DNA of 53,869 nucleotides from Halocafeteria seosinensis (GCA_001687465.1 LVLI01000276.1:1-53869); one strand, 5' to 3'. Shown: positions 14,079 through 28,772, numbered from the stretch's first letter. A program made the numbers and translations. The notes: generated by a model not told the origin, from the letters alone.

Positions 14079-14132
14079 TGCCCCAACTTCACCATGTTCC
14101 ACTTTTGGTCAACAGTTCCAGAAGCAGATAGC

Positions 14133-14208
14133 GGAGCGATTCCGACCCCCAAAACGTCTAGTGTAGCATGTAGACTAGACTGCTTCCGGTAGGAGCAATA
14201 ATATTACA
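14133..14208 (+). repeat. Dispersed repeat family B, copy 2 (diverged)
   Basis: ggagcgattccg...tgtagcatgtag...cttccggtaggagcaata aligns by eye with 9455-9540. Confidence 0.55.
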
Positions 14209-15131
14209 CCCGCTCCGAACTACGCACATGTGCACCCTCCTCTTATTAGATTGCTGCTTAATGGCATTGTGCGTCTACCAAATCCACCAAATCTACCGAA
14301 ACTTCCTATGTGGGTCTGGAAAAGGTGAATACCATTCCGTAATTCTTCCTCCGTCCTTCCCTGGTGCGTTGATCAGCTTCCCAACTCGAACATTTCTCAG
14401 TGCTTTGCTCCTGAATCATCCTGATCCTCTAACTCCAAGCGTGCCTAGACTCCCCCTCTTAGATACTTAAAGATCTTGTTCCCATCCAGTTCAGTCCAAG
14501 TCTGCTCATCACAAGTCAGTGAGACATCTTCTTGAAGCTTCCCAGCAATGCAGTATAGTACATACTGTATTGCCAATGTTGTCATGGTGCACTGTACAGT
14601 GGCACTGTGGTCACAGTTACCAGTGGAAGCCAAGGGACCACCATGGTACAGAAGGACTGTGTGCATCAACCACAGTGTAATATACTGTAACAGCTCTGGA
14701 CACATTGGCAACCAGCCAACACCACGGGGGAAGTGTCCAGATTGGGTTTACCCATGGTTATCGAATTCCATGCGGAACTCCGTAACGAACAGACTGGCAG
14801 AAGTCCAAACTTGCTCGCGTAATCGCCATCCTTGGCAATACATTTCGTGCTTAGTCCAAAAGTCGTTGTGATCTTCCTTCCCCACACAATTTAAGTGGGG
14901 TGGTATACAGCACCGGTAGTGTACAGTAGCGGATCCTGGGAGGCTCGCCTGCGGAGTTTGGCTATCCGGATCGGACTATACAGCATTCAATTTGGATAGA
15001 ACAACAGTCGTGTTGCTAGAAACGCACACTGTATCCCTGGTCTGGCACGTACTCCCCCTTGCTGGTGGGTGAGTGACGATACTGCTGCCGTTGCCCTGCA
15101 TTACAGTTGAATTGGAACTGCGCGAGAAACC

Positions 15132-17467
15132 ATGGGAGACGCAAGTGCTGGTCCGTAAGCTGTCTTTGCGTCTCTTATTTCGACAGCCGGACATGCCAAT
15201 TGCCATGCCATTGCAGAATATATTAACGTGGGTAGTGGGGCAGCTCATCCGGAAGGAGTGGGGGAGAAAAAGAAAGGAAATCTGAAGCATTGCTTCAAGC
15301 GGATTATTTTGCCCCTCCTCTCGCTGGTCTCTAACGCAATTCTTCCCATGCTGTCCATTGTTTTCTACCTCGAAATTATCTACGAAAAGTCGGCCGATGT
15401 CGCTGTTTGGGTCACGCTGGCCATCGACGTCGTTCGGTTCCTTGTCTGTGGATATTATGCGGTCATACTGTTTTGCTGCCGGGCAGCTGACTCGACACAT
15501 GGATTAGGCAAACGTTTGAGGGTATATGCCAAGGTTATTGATAAAGTAAGAAATTGCAGAGGGTAAATGAAGGGGACGATAAGCGTGTGGAATAAATGGT
15601 GCTCGTTTGTGTGCAGAAAACTAGCGTCCGCTTCATACTCTTCATCGTGACGACATACTCGCTAATTATTATGTCTACGAAGGTATCTCCAGATGCATCT
15701 ACCGCGCTTCTAGCATATGGAAGAGATGTGGAGGGGAGAGCAAAACTTGCAGGGTTATTCTTCGCCAAGGTCGCTTTATTTTTCGGTCAACAAGTACGTA
15801 CCGTAATGAAGGCTGTGACGTGACACATCCAGATTATACTCAGTCGCTTGCTTGTGTCTTCGCAGGTTATTCAGAACCTCCGGGGACTCGAGTTTGGTGT
15901 CGATAGCTGGGCTGTGGGAGGACATACGCCGGAGATATCAGGGGACTGTTCTCTTGGTTGTACAGAAGAAAGCGATAACAAGTTCATTCGCTCCTTCCAA
16001 GATTTTTTCGACGGAATATTTGCATCTATTTTTATGACCAGTATCTGCTTGGGTCTGTTGATGCTTCCGCATTTATACTTCCTTTCAAATATTTCAGGAT
16101 TGAACGGTCCTTCGTATGCCCATGGGCTCCCTGTGGCAACATCAGTCAGCCGCTTTGTCAGTTTCCCGTCCGCGTGCAGTATCAGTAGCAGCTGTTTGAG
16201 GGAATCCTATGGACTGCAAGAAGTGAAAGTTATAAAGAAAACGGATATACCGGAACCGATAGAGGCTGATTTCCCTATATCCGACAAGGTTCTTTTCTTC
16301 AACTATCAAGGCACCGAAGATAACACGACCACGTTTGTTACTCTGGCTTTGCCGTTCCCAACCCCGACGAACATTTCTTCTCTCGGAATGTTTGCTCGGG
16401 TGCCACAAGTACCAAGCGAAGCATTCAAGGTTTGCATTCAAGCCCAGGTGTTTTATAACAATCCCCCTTTAGGCAAAAACGGTGCCCAAGTGGAGAGCAT
16501 CGGAAAGTTTATGGTTGGTGTTTTACCCACGGGTCCAGGGGGCACTTGCCACGTAGATACTGATGCAGAGGACGATCCAATGGGATTTTTTAACATCATA
16601 CTCAGCCGGAATGTTTCAGGTGACAGCGCGAATGAATATGTTCGCGGATTAGTTTCATTTGCCCAAAGTAAAGTCGACCGGGGGCAAGAATCCGAAGACG
16701 CCAGCGCACAAGGCACAGATATTTTTAAACAGAAGACATGGATTCTGGGGACGAATATCAAGGCGTTTGTCCAAGAATATATTGACAAAGACTGTCTCAC
16801 CTGCTTCCCATTTGCTCCACAGGCAAAGTGGATGTTTCTTACGGGGGGAGTTGGCATGATGACGCTAGTATACGCTGTGTTTTCAATAGTTCTGCCGTGG
16901 CCACGAATTCGTCTGTCTGTTTCGGAACTAATTCGGAGTGCCTTCATGCTTCCATTTTTCTTTATCTACATCCCGTGGCATGCTAGACTGACGTCGAAAG
17001 AGAGAGCTCATGCGATAGCTCAACATATGGCGGTCTTGCTCCTTGGACTGATCTCTATCCTTGTGATTCCACCGGCGCTATCACTTAACAGGAACTACTC
17101 GGTGGTGTCTTCCTTTATCACTCAAACGGACCACGTGCAATTTGAGGCAACGAAGACCGAGCCACTTCCTGACCCCACATATTTCAGTGCCAATGCAATA
17201 TGCAATGGTGTGTATGGTTGTGGAGTAGTGTATTACTTCGGCCAGGCTTTGGCCTACGTAACAATTGTTGGATTCGTTCTGTTCGCGGGTGGGCAGTTTG
17301 CGCAATGGTCAATGTTGTTTATTCTTGCCTTCATCGGGTGGGTTTTGAATAGGCTTTGTGGGTGCTTAAAATACTGCTGCGTTGATCTAAAATGGCTCTC
17401 GCAGCTGCGACAGCAGGGGGAAAAGTTGATGGAAGAGCATGAAGCATCCGATTCTGACTCCGATTGA
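15132..17467 (+). CDS. Multi-pass membrane protein of unknown function (start uncertain)
   Basis: Phase-0 introns 15522-15616 and 15794-15865 join hydrophobic ORFs in frame. There are several TM-like segments and a luminal region with N-x-S/T sites. The first exon is tentative. Confidence 0.65.
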
Positions 17468-17612
17468 ACTGTCCCTCTTACATGAGGCCATTCGAGTTGC
17501 CGTTCCTACCACATAGAAGCATCAGACAGGACGTCCCTGTCCATGAACCACTTTTTGACGATGCCATAATATATCTATCCTAGAACGACAACAAATACAG
17601 TTATTCCAAAGC

Positions 17613-20600
17613 TTATGCCTTCTTCCCATCACTCCGCCTCGCCGTTTTCCGGGGAACGTATGCCTCATGCTCATCCAGCTCTCCGTTTTGCCCATCCTCC
17701 GAATCACCTTCATACTCAAACTCTCTCTTGCGTCTGGACACTTTCGACCTAGTGGACTTTACCGCTTTTCGTCTATTGGACGAACGCGGAGTTTGTGAAG
17801 TCGCTCCGTTCGAGCCAGTTGCCAGCGTGCGGGGAGTAGTGGATAGTGTTGGCAGAACACGCTTCGCGGCATTTCCGAATGCTACTATGTTTTTCTCCTT
17901 CAGGAATTCAACACTGTTGCTCCCTTGCAGGCCATCAAACAAACTAATCACATTTCTTACAAGCGTCGGAAAAGAGCAATCGCTCCGCGAAGGGGTTCCC
18001 GCTCGACACTTAAGCCAACCGTGTTGCCGTTGCAGTAAAGTCGGTATTTGGGGAAAAGAAATTTCCATTTCAGGGTACTTATCCATCACCTTTTTGTCAC
18101 CGTCGCTGTTTTCTTTAGTCTTTTTCGGATTGTAGCTAGCAAGCTGTTGCTCCGAAAGTGAGTATCGCTCACTCAAGGCCACGGTGAGTATTTGTAAGTG
18201 AACTACCGCAAGTAGCTGAATACAGTTTGCTCGAATACGTGGAATGTCATATTCACTGATGTCCTTTTCGCCGGTTTCCCCACATATTGATGCAAGTTCT
18301 TCTCGGGACTGATCCCCTTGAACGCTGATAATGGACGTAGCGAAGTGGCAAAGGGAATACACTTCGTTTCGCTTCAGGAAGGGCAGGCAAAAGAGAGTTT
18401 CGGCAAGAAACTTGAGAAACCTAATATCAGCGATTTCTCCCCGAAGTTTGCTACCTCTAAGGACCCCAACAGCCGTTTCGATTAGCATAGCGTCGTGCGT
18501 ATACTTGCGCTGTTCCACGTCATTTTCTCCTTCAGCCGCTCTGTTTCTAATAGAAACATTTACGTTAGACAGTGACCGAATACCTTCCTGGAAGGGACAG
18601 CAGTCTTCATTCAACACACCGCCTGATGGCCCTCGCCTTGTATCAAGACCTGCTGGAACATCATCTGCGCCCTCTTCGTCAGGTTCGAATTCATCCTCGT
18701 CCGCTTCGGAATCACTTTCAAACTTGCTTTCCTCGGCGATATCACCGTTACCTGTTGAAATGTATACAGGACAGCGGAATTTTGACACCAGCCCGCGTAT
18801 CAATGCGATAGCATTCTTAACATGACTTTTACTGTCTCCTCCTTCCAGCACTGTCTTCTTGTAGAAGTTGTGAAAAAATGACACATAGGAAGCGGAGAGA
18901 CTCGATCCATTCTCAGGTGCCATAGACACAGAAGGGGTCGCATAAGCATCTCCGTATAGTTTGCATTGGTAGGAATATGCGGCAGCAATTCCCTTCGTGG
19001 AGCATCGGCAGAGCGTCGAGTTATGGCGATCGTGGATAGCTGCGATAGATTTCCACGCTGCTTGTCTCACTTGAGCATTCCAGTCAGCCAGTAATGCAAC
19101 CAGAGGAATGCACCCTTCATCCGGATCAATCACTCTCTGAGAAACCAAGTTTGACCACAGCTGAAGCGTCGACAATCGCAGTTTAATATGATAATCACCG
19201 GTGTAGAAGAACTGTCGCCGAATATCGTTCATCTGGGTCTGCAAAGCACCAGTCACGGCACTGGACGTAGGATCAACATCCATTTTAACTGTATCACCAT
19301 TCTCCCCATCACTTGTTTGGGCCTCCATTGGGCTACCCGGACCATCCGTATCCGGTATCTCTGTGGCGTTTTCGGTCACCTGGGAACGCCCAGTTGGAGT
19401 GTTGAGCAACATATTGAACGAATCGACAATAACCGACTTCAGGTAGCATGTCTGATGTCTTAGAGCCCAAGTGAAAAACCTTTGTACAATGCCAGAGAGA
19501 AGAAAGTGGGGATAATTCAGGCTAAGCTGAAATAGCCCATCAAAGCTGGCTTCAATCAACTGTTGCGCAGTGTAATGAAGAGCCGGGACGGTTTCGTCTG
19601 TAGCTTTGGGCCGCAAAAAATCCGCGTTCGTCATCCAGTGCAACCAAGCTAAATACAGTTTGACCAGATTTACGGTAACATCAGGACATTTTGCGGCTGA
19701 ATCCTCATCAATCTCGACACCCTCCATTTCAAAAGGAGTAGAAAGGTGAAAGCAATCAGAATATTGAACGAGCACACCACAAGTTCTCAACGCGAAACAG
19801 GCATCCTGTAACATTTTCCCTTGCTTTCGTCCATCGCCACTATGCATCCACGCTAGCCAGCCACGCATTGCTGCCTGCTTCTGCAAGAGCGGTTGTCCCT
19901 CGTATTTCGTCGCAAGGGCATCAATCTGACGAGCTGAATCTTGATAAAGTGAAATCAGGAGCTTTTGTAAAGCATAAAATTTGGAGTTTATCAACTGCGT
20001 TGTCGTATCAAGAGCATTGTTGCCTGTCGTCTTATAGACCAAGGTGTTAGTAGCATTTAGGCAAGATGCAACTTGCTTGATGGCAGAAAAGCTGAGATTA
20101 CTTTCCATTAATAGATTGCAAAGCATTCGAGCGAACTCAACAAGCTCTTGAGAATTAGCCACGTCCAGATGGGATACAGTATTCTCCACGGTATTGCAAC
20201 ACAGAGAGATAGACAACATATCTTCTTCCTGCAATTCCCCTTGTTTAAGAGATTCCAAAGAGTCGTCCAAAAGTACTTTGAATATGTCCAACCGTTTTAA
20301 ACAATACTTCGGTACGCATTTGGTCAGTTCTGAAATCACTAACATCACGCACGCAGGAAGGCGAGCATGCGGAATCTGCAGATTAGCGCATACCCCTGCT
20401 ACAGACTTGTCGTGCCTCCAAGTCAACAAAGTACGAATCGAGCATTCAATGAGACCAATCACGACATCTCCCGTGGTTTCCACTCCCCTAATCTTCCCCG
20501 AAGATGGCACAGTTGTGGCTGACTCCCTTCCGGGACTCACCGTCCCCCGCAATTGCTCCTTGAAGGCATCCCCGAAAGATCTTCCTATCGCATGATAGTC

Positions 20601-23600
20601 TGTGGTTGTTCTCTTCAAGCTCTTATCCCGAGATAAAAGCGAAGAGATAAAGTTGGACAATTTACCTACCTCGGAGCACTCGCCCCCTACACGCCCAGCG
20701 GAAGACCGTTGAAACGATATGAACTGATTTGCAACCAGTAGTAGATGAGTAACGCGTCTTAGAATGAGATCAATAACCGCGGTGGAGTTTGAGCTGATAG
20801 ATGGTGAAGTGGGGACACAGAACCAGAGCTCAAAACAAGTCTCGAGTATCAATTCGCGAACCGATGGTTCCTCGTTCGAATCTGCTACGCGCTGCACGAA
20901 CGCACAGAAGATGGAAGAAACATGCTCGTACTTGAGGTCTCCAACCACGGAATTCTCTCCCAATCCATAATGTGCCCGAAGTAAACGCTGCAAGATCTTC
21001 GTAGCCTGTTTTCGCACGCTCAAACCGCTGTCGTCTAGCTTGTTCACAAGAGGTTGAATAAATTTGGTAACAAGGTGTGGCTTCCCTTCTACATGGTTGC
21101 CGATGAGGTCGATCACTGCAGAACGGACAGAGATAGACTGGTCCATGAATCTGGTCTCAATAACCGACTGTACGGCTCCAATGTTTGCAATATGTTCATC
21201 CATCTCAACTAAAGTTTTCAAGCACTCAATCACCCTCTGTCTCCATTTTGACACGGCAGATGAAGCTTGATGCAGAAGTGCCTTGAGAAGCGCGTTGAGG
21301 TTAGCCATCATAGGAAGATCAATACAACTCTGCGAAGAAGGCGGCTAACTATGTACACTTCCAATGGTACCATCAAGACATGAACTTACCTGGACGAAAA
21401 CCGAAATAAATTTATCTCGTGGCAATCGGGGATAATGCCTTCCATCTGTCCAAACGAGTTTCGGCAACGGGACACAGGCCATGTAATAGAATCTGCATAG
21501 TCGCGACTTCAATCAACAGCAATAGACGCAGAACTGAGAACAATAACGTACAATTCAGCTTCCGTAACATTCTGCGCCCGAGTTGTAGCCCACATGGTGA
21601 GGCAGAATCTGGTATGCAGGAAAGACGTAACAAAGATAATATGCAAGCTCTGCGATTTCACGAAAACGAACATACTTCCGCGCAGTATCACGCATCGACT
21701 TCTCATGTACAGATTCCAGCATCTGCGAATGTAGAATATCCCGTAGGACAACTCGCTGAAGCCAAAGGGGACAGCCAGCACTCCTTGAATTCGTTATATC
21801 ACTACGTTCGGACATCTCTGCATTCGATGTTACAGGCTCCTTACTCTGAGAGGAGAGACTGAACAAGCTGCTGAGGTTCTTCTTGGTATCGTCGAGGGAT
21901 GGCCTCCCAGCAGCACTGTCGGAAAGTTCAGTCCCAAAGTCATGCGCATAAATATCGCATGACCCCGTTGTATCCAAGAACGATAGCGCTTCATGAAGGT
22001 TCTGATGGTCAACCTGAATAGGCTTTCCCGTTGCAGAGGATGCCGCATTATCCACCGATCCTGCGATGGTGACCCCACGCCGTAAACTTACTATAGAGCC
22101 ATCATTGGAGTCGTGCTCCTCATTACTAATCTGTCTTTCACCAAGCCCAATGGAGAGCACGTATTGGCAACAAACACGACGAAGTATCAGAATCTTCTTT
22201 ATAGTATCTCCTAAAAGGGAGATGGCGGTCGTTCCCATCTTCCGCTCGTTTACACTGAGCGACTTCTTGCTTTCAAGATCACTCAATGTGTTCAACATTT
22301 TACAAATGACCATCCATTGGATATGAAATGCTGCAGGCCACTCTGGAAGGCCTAGACATGCCAGGATATCTGTTACCAGCTCAAACAGTAACGCACTCCA
22401 GTCGATGCTGAGATAACCAGTATTACAATACTCAAGCAGCGTTGAAAATAGCGCCGTGGCTACAGCGAGAGTCATTTTACTTTTATGAATGTCACCGCTG
22501 CGCTCCCAACCATGTATAGCTTCTCGTGAGCAGATATCTTCGCTCAGATGCAAAATCAAAGCTGCAATGAAGCCGATTGACTGCCTTCGAACAGTAGTAT
22601 CAGCACCAGAGTCTCCGAGGGATCCGCGCGGAAGTGGAAAACGTCGAGTGTACGGACTTTCCGCTATTTTCGGTAAGCATGAAATAATCACCGTCGCAAG
22701 CTCCTGCTTTAACTCCCGTCGTTCGTTGCACAAGTGGACTACAGAGTCCAGGGCTGTTTTCCTCAGCCGTATACTACTCTCCGCTGCATGTGCGTTTGTC
22801 GATCCTATCCCTACGAGCGTCAGTTCCACTAAAGAATCGGTAAGTTTCAAAGTATGCTCATCTGGCAGCTTAAGAACGTATCTCAATCGAATGACATGGT
22901 GTAGAAGCTTGTCAGTCTTCTCGACAATGGTTTTCACGTCAACTTGGGAACTCGAATCAGTGCGGCCTAGGAGTACGCTTAAGACATGTTCCAGTACATT
23001 GCACGCTGTGCTGACGTTTTCGTCCGATAAAACTTGTCTACCTAGAAGCGAGGACGCGCATATTAGCTGAAAGAGATTATCCGCCACATCAAGTCCCTTC
23101 TCAAGCGTTAGTCGTGGTGTAGAAACAAGTCGGAGACAGTCGATCAGCACAGAATAGACAGATAGACGCATCGACACTTCGAGTCCTGCAACGAGGGTAA
23201 CTAAGTTTATGTTTTCGCGATGCAGTAAAGCTTGGATCCGCTCGAATGAATGAGTAGCGCTTTCATCCTCTAAGATCTCTCTGACGGCGGAGCTCCTGCC
23301 ATTGTCAACAGCTCCCGAGGTACGTTCTCCTAAAGTCTCTATAGTGGACGACGTCAAAGACTCGGGGTTCCGTGAGACACCCTCAGTTTCTTCTGCCGAA
23401 AGCCGACTTCGATTGCTTTCGTTATCGGGAGGATCTAGCTCATCTCCGTGGCTCGTCGCAGTTTGCCGCTTACCCTTCTCACCCGGCTTCTTCTTCCCTG
23501 AGGAAGTCCTCTTCGTGTGCTTACTTATGCCTGCCGGTGTGGAATATGCTCTACTCGATTTACCCTTCGCGTTTTTCGTACCCAAAGACTCTAGTGAAGT

Positions 23601-23684
23601 CATTCTAGCAGTTCCACCTCCCGTACTGCCATGGTTGTTCAGCGAAGCAGCTTTTTCAGCTGCAGCCCGAGCACGATGGCTCAT
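17613..23684 (-). CDS. NIPBL: Cohesin loader subunit Scc2/Nipped-B
   Basis: Cohesin-HEAT signature RFMDQSISVRSAVIDLIG...KLDDSGLSVRKQATKIL, LGLPEWPAA, and a Nipped-B C-terminal-like region (LVSQRVIDPDEGCIPLVALLAD). Three introns between ~21330 and 21675 join the two long ORFs in frame. Confidence 0.9.
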
Positions 23685-24523
23685 TCTCACCCCTGCAAAG
23701 AGTAACCAACAATTATAGAAGAAAGCGATCCAAGATGAGCGCAATAGAGAAAAAGAACTGAGAGTTCCTCTTCCCTTGCTGTCTCTAGCAGGTGTTTCAC
23801 TGTCTCAGCTCACCTCCTATGGCACCGATGTTTGGTGGCTTGTATCAGCTCCCCAAACTAGTGATGCGAGCATTGATAATGTACACTTAATTGACATACA
23901 AAGAATCTCCAAAGACGCAGGAATTCTGCTTGTGAATGCCCCTTATCATGCAAGGAAGAACGATTCCTTTTCCCTCCATTCCTCCTCCCAGAACCTCATC
24001 GACCAACAATGCTTCGCTATGTTTGTCCGACACCAACATACCTGTACAATGGTCTTTGTAACACTGCGAATCAGTCCCAAAGAAAGCCCTATACGACAAC
24101 AAGAATTCCTTTCCTTTTGTATGTGTGGATACTGCTTGCAACTCTTGCGCACATCTATTATATTCCTCGTATTGGCTTCAAACAAGCATACGGAATGGAT
24201 TGCATGAATGTTCACTATCAAACTCATATACACGCCCGTCAACAATGGGACTCATCAATCCAATTCCTGTTGACATGAATTCTTCTTGGTGAGCAATTCA
24301 AATGTGGGCTCCCGGGTGTCAATAACCCGGTAGGTGCGGTTGCGACCCCACCCAAGCAGTCGAAATCATTGAGGCGAGGCCTCCGTCGGTACAACGAGAG
24401 TAATAGACTATATTGTTGTTGACATACTTGTAACAGGCGCAAACCAGAAGGATTTTCAGTGGGGCATCTACGGGTCAGTATTATAGATAATATAATGCTT
24501 TTCCACGGATCTACGGTGTTATA

Positions 24524-24595
24524 GCCCTTATAGCTCAGTGGTAGAGCGCTTGCCTTGTAAGCAAGAAGTCCCAGGTTCGAACCCTGGTGGGGGCA
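24524..24595 (+). tRNA. tRNA-Thr (anticodon UGU)
   Basis: 72-nt cloverleaf: acceptor GCCCTTA/TGGGGGC, D-arm GCTC/GAGC, anticodon arm CTTGC-CT-TGT-AA-GCAAG and T-arm CCAGG-TTCGAAC-CCTGG. Confidence 0.95.
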
Positions 24596-24608
24596 ACACG
24601 TTCGTCTA

Positions 24609-24616
24609 TTTTTTTT
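24609..24616 (+). terminator. RNA polymerase III terminator (T8)
   Basis: A run of 8 T begins 14 nt after the tRNA 3' end. Confidence 0.75.
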
Positions 24617-26552
24617 GCTCTTTGTTGTAGATCTTTGTAGGAGCCAAGTATGAGGTACGGTACATACAAGCTGAAGGTATACACCGAGGTTGCTGTATTA
24701 CATTTGGTATTATGTCTCCGGCAACGTCATCAGCACCAATTACCAAGCCGGTACACCACTGGTTAGCTTGTCAACGATACAAAACATTTCACGTACTCTC
24801 CTTGCATTGGTTGCATGGGGTAGATCCAAGCGACGGCGGCTGTATCACCCTCTCTGTATCATTTGTTGCTAATCAATAGCGAGAGGGATTGCAGGCCCAC
24901 AAGTATGGACTACATACACCCTCCTCTGGCTTCCCAAAGGTTTCGGTAGTATTGAGCAAAGATAAAAGCTCTGTTGTTATTCACAATACATCCAGAGGAA
25001 TTTACGACAAGAATATGGTGTTGCTTAAAGCCGGACTCATTGGTATATGCGACGAATTCAAAGCTATGCACAATTCTTCCATCAAGGTAAATCTCACCAT
25101 CGCTTGAAATCACCAATGAAACAACCCTTAAGTTCCACCGGTTAGGGTTAGGGTTACGTTCAAACCAATATGAAGAAGCGCCGTTTGTCTCATTTATCTT
25201 GCACATTGATTGTCTTGTTTTCAATTAAGGGGCATCCAGGGTCGAACGAACTCGACCAATGTGAATTGCTGGGTTGCGTACCAGGTACACTGTATCATCT
25301 GCTTCTCAGCTACAGCAAGCCCACGAGCGAGAAGTATACTTGACCCTGCTTTGTTAGCTTTTCTCGTCTTGAAGCAATTAATATTCACTCGCTTCCCAGG
25401 AGTCTACGCCACTATCGACAGGCAGAGGCTCAGGAATCTCCATGCCGACCGACAGTCATAAGTCCTGGATTACGTGACTGCTTGATCCACTCCAAGGGAG
25501 ACGTTCTCGTCGGAATGCGTCTACTGATAGTGGCGGCGCTTAATGGTCTTCAAAGCCAGTGATATTAAACCTCAGAGCGACGTTTACTGGCTTCTCCGTG
25601 AGCGCGGCAACTGGTCGGCTCGGCTAAGTAGAGTACACAGGGGGCTCCTCGAACCGAAAAGAAGCTTTTAGCCAACATACCGTAATGACGATATCGGTTC
25701 CATAACAAATCAACAGTGTATTCTCCTTCAAATCCCTTAATTGTATCATGCTCAGGCTAAGACGCCACTTGTGAAGCTTGGCGGGCGAACTTCATAGGGA
25801 AGTCTTGACTTTCAGGTTGCCAAAGCAGTCCGGTTATAAGATAGTTAGATAAGGTGCGGTGAATGCGCATCGCATGCCTCTCTGAGCTAGGAATCGAGCC
25901 CATCGCGGGCACTTCAGCGCTCATCGAACGCATCGCACTCCCTAAAACATCGCGCTTGTACCCCTTGTTCTCCCGTGCACAGATACCAACGACACTGTGG
26001 TAAGTGTCGACACATGCATCGAATCGGTAAAGCCCACCAGTTTCGTGGTGATATCCGGTAAATTCTTAAGAAACAATTCTAGAAAAGGATTAAATTTTCA
26101 TATTTCAATACGTCTCATTCAACAATTAAGAAATTTGGGGATACTTTCTACGGTACGAAAACCAGAGAAAAGCAGCTTCTAGTTCTCACAACAGCACCAG
26201 AAATGGTGATACCAACATACATACGGTACATCCTATACCTGGTAGGATATTAATAGGACTAAAAGGCAAGGTACAATCTATCTACACGATAACTCCTCTA
26301 TGAACTGCCACAGTGCCACTTTCCCGAGGTTGAAGAGGGTCAATCAATCTTTTCGTTCACTCACATGGGGTGAAGGAAAAGTTTGATGTCTTCCGGCTGC
26401 AGGCGTAAAGGCAGTGCTTTAAGGCCTAAATTAAGGCACGACGATACCCAGAGCTAGTGTTGTTACGATTGTCTCCTATTGTACCAGCATGGTCCAAAAG
26501 ACTCTTCGGAGGGATACAATTCCATTCAGCTCAATATAACGACGAGTTGACA

Positions 26553-26846
26553 ATGGTACGTGGCCCTCACAGCCACCTGGTTCTGACTGGTTTGGGCTTC
26601 CAATTCAAGCTTTCATGGTGTTTGCAGAGCGCTTTATTCGATTTCCAGAGCTTACTTACGGTAGTCGTGTTGTTTATATGCACATGTACCTATCTACGGC
26701 CGCGCATTGCATTCATCCGCCAGCATAAAACAGGAGCGTCGAGTGTATTCTATAAGGCATCGGTCATTGGATATCGCTTAAGTCCATGGGTTTCATTAGC
26801 CTGTCTATACATGGCATTCCATCTCATATTCATCAAAAGTAACTAG
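26553..26846 (+). CDS. TMEM167: Protein kish (Golgi small membrane protein)
   Basis: ATG, then intron 26556-26627, then SALFDFQSLLTVVVLFICTCTYLR...FYKASVIGYRLSPWVSLAC, which matches the Kish-A consensus. Confidence 0.93.
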   Translation: MVRGPHSHLVLTGLGFQFKLSWCLQSALFDFQSLLTVVVLFICTCTYLRPRIAFIRQHKTGASSVFYKASVIGYRLSPWVSLACLYMAFHLIFIKSN

Positions 26847-27225
26847 ACGATGGCAAGGGCGACATGCTGCTACATGCTAGTTGGAAACTGGCGACAAAAA
26901 AGAGGTCAGTTAAGCATTGCAAAATCAAAGACGGAAACACGAGACGTCAACGCAGTTGGCTGTCCTTGTGAGCCGTGTTTAGCAAGAGGCTGATCAAAAC
27001 CAGTTCAATACTGGCTGATACGGGAGAAAATTTGGGAGAAAACCGCTGTTGGGAATATCTGTATGGTGTGTGTTTCATTAAGGTTTTCTCAATGCGAATC
27101 GCCAGAGGCCGGCCGCCTAACGAAGTATGATGCCGAAGAAAGAAGGCCTTTCTTCAAATACGCGTTCTTATAATCCATGTTGAGTGCAAACCCTATGATA
27201 ATATTGTATACATTCATGAATCTCC

Positions 27226-28504
27226 CTACGCTTCTGCTCCAGTCTCCATTGGTGTATCAGCCGATGCTACATGTTCATCTACTGGCAAGTTGTCAGATGT
27301 TATTCCTACTGGCTCTGCTCCTCGACGCCTAAACTCAATGGGCAAGTCCGAGAAATATGCATGTTTTAGAGCTTGTTTGGCCGTTATACGGTTTACGGGA
27401 TCATGTTGCAGCATGCTCTGCAACCGAGGACACCCAGGGTCTACAACACTCTGATTCAGTTACGCTCACAAAATGATTCTAACTCACCTCCAGCAAGCTT
27501 ATTCCTTCATTAGACATGCCTGGTACCAGACTAGCTAATGAATTAGGCGCTTCATGGGCTTCCCACTTATCGGGAGCATAATTGGGCAAGTCCACAATGC
27601 CTGGATATGTTTGCTCATTGGGAGTTCCCAAACTCTTGAAAATCAGTTCTAGTTGATTATCATCGGAAGATCCCGGGAAAAGCGGGTTCCCGTTATGCAT
27701 TTCAGCAAAAATGCAACCGGCGGACCATATATCAACTGGCGTGCTGTACTTGCGATTCCCCATGAGAACATCCGGAGATCTATACCATAGTGTTACAACT
27801 TCGTGCGTATAGCTGCATTGGACACCATAAAACATGACGAGCTAACGCTGTACCAACTCTCAACAGTATTGTGGTGGTACCTTCTGACAGGAATGCCAAA
27901 AGCCCTAGCAAGCCCGAAATCCGCCAGCTTCAGTTCACCTTCTCTATTGATTAACAGGTTTTGAGGCTTAAGATCCCTGTTCATACAAATAGCATTTAAC
28001 AATACAATCACGGCTGGGATAGGTAGAATACTAAAAAAAAAAATCGTTACCTACCTATGCAAAATCCGATGCTGGTGGCAGAAAGCAATGCCGCATAACT
28101 GTTGCCACAGGAAAAGTTTCACCCATTTCGTTTCCAGTCCTCCGGCCGATTGGTCCAAGTATCGCTTCAGATCCAGATCCAAGTATTCAAACACCAATGT
28201 GAGCTTTTTGGGATTGTGCACAACATCGTATAATCTGCCGTAATAGCCAATATATGCACACTTCTCTGCAATGAGCTTGTCGAGTCAGTGGTGAGATGCA
28301 TTGTACATACCTAACGATGTTGGGATGTTGTAATTCCTTGAGCAGAGCTATTTCCCGTATGGCCGTACTGGGGATCCCTTCATCCTCTGCTTCCAGTCTG
28401 ATCTTCTTTAAAGCCACAATCTCTCCATTTACAACATCTCGAGCCTTGTAGACGACCCCGTAGGTGCCCTCGCCAATTTTCAACACCTTTTTATACCTCT
28501 CCAT
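27226..28504 (-). CDS. PSTAIRE cyclin-dependent kinase (cdc2/CDK2/CDK5-like), 5 exons
   Basis: Motifs [58 protein letters not shown]. Exons 28504-28311, 28234-28055, 27976-27881, 27812-27488 and 27417-27226. Confidence 0.96.
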
Positions 28505-28707
28505 GCCGTTTCAATTCACTCCCCACTGCCCATGCACGTTTGATTATACATGTAATTATGGTATAGAACTGTCAAGACGCGCAAGAAAGCTTCGAATAAA
28601 CAAGTATGGAGCCGAAACTGGCCAACTTCAACACCAGGGATTTGAGTTAATGGCCCAAATAATGGGTCACCCAAACATACAAACAAACTTATAAGCTTTT
28701 GTTTCTT

Positions 28708-28711
<4 letters not shown>

Positions 28712-28772
<61 letters not shown>

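Noticed and set aside
23776..24450. Short ORFs between NIPBL and the tRNA, with a possible transposase remnant
   Set aside because: No convincing catalytic or domain motif in any frame.
25140..25156. Interstitial telomeric repeat (TTAGGG)2-3
   Set aside because: Too short to distinguish from chance, and the organism's telomere motif is unknown.
24690..25900. Decayed minus-strand coding-like sequence
   Set aside because: Many stops and no recognisable family motif, so no product can be supported.
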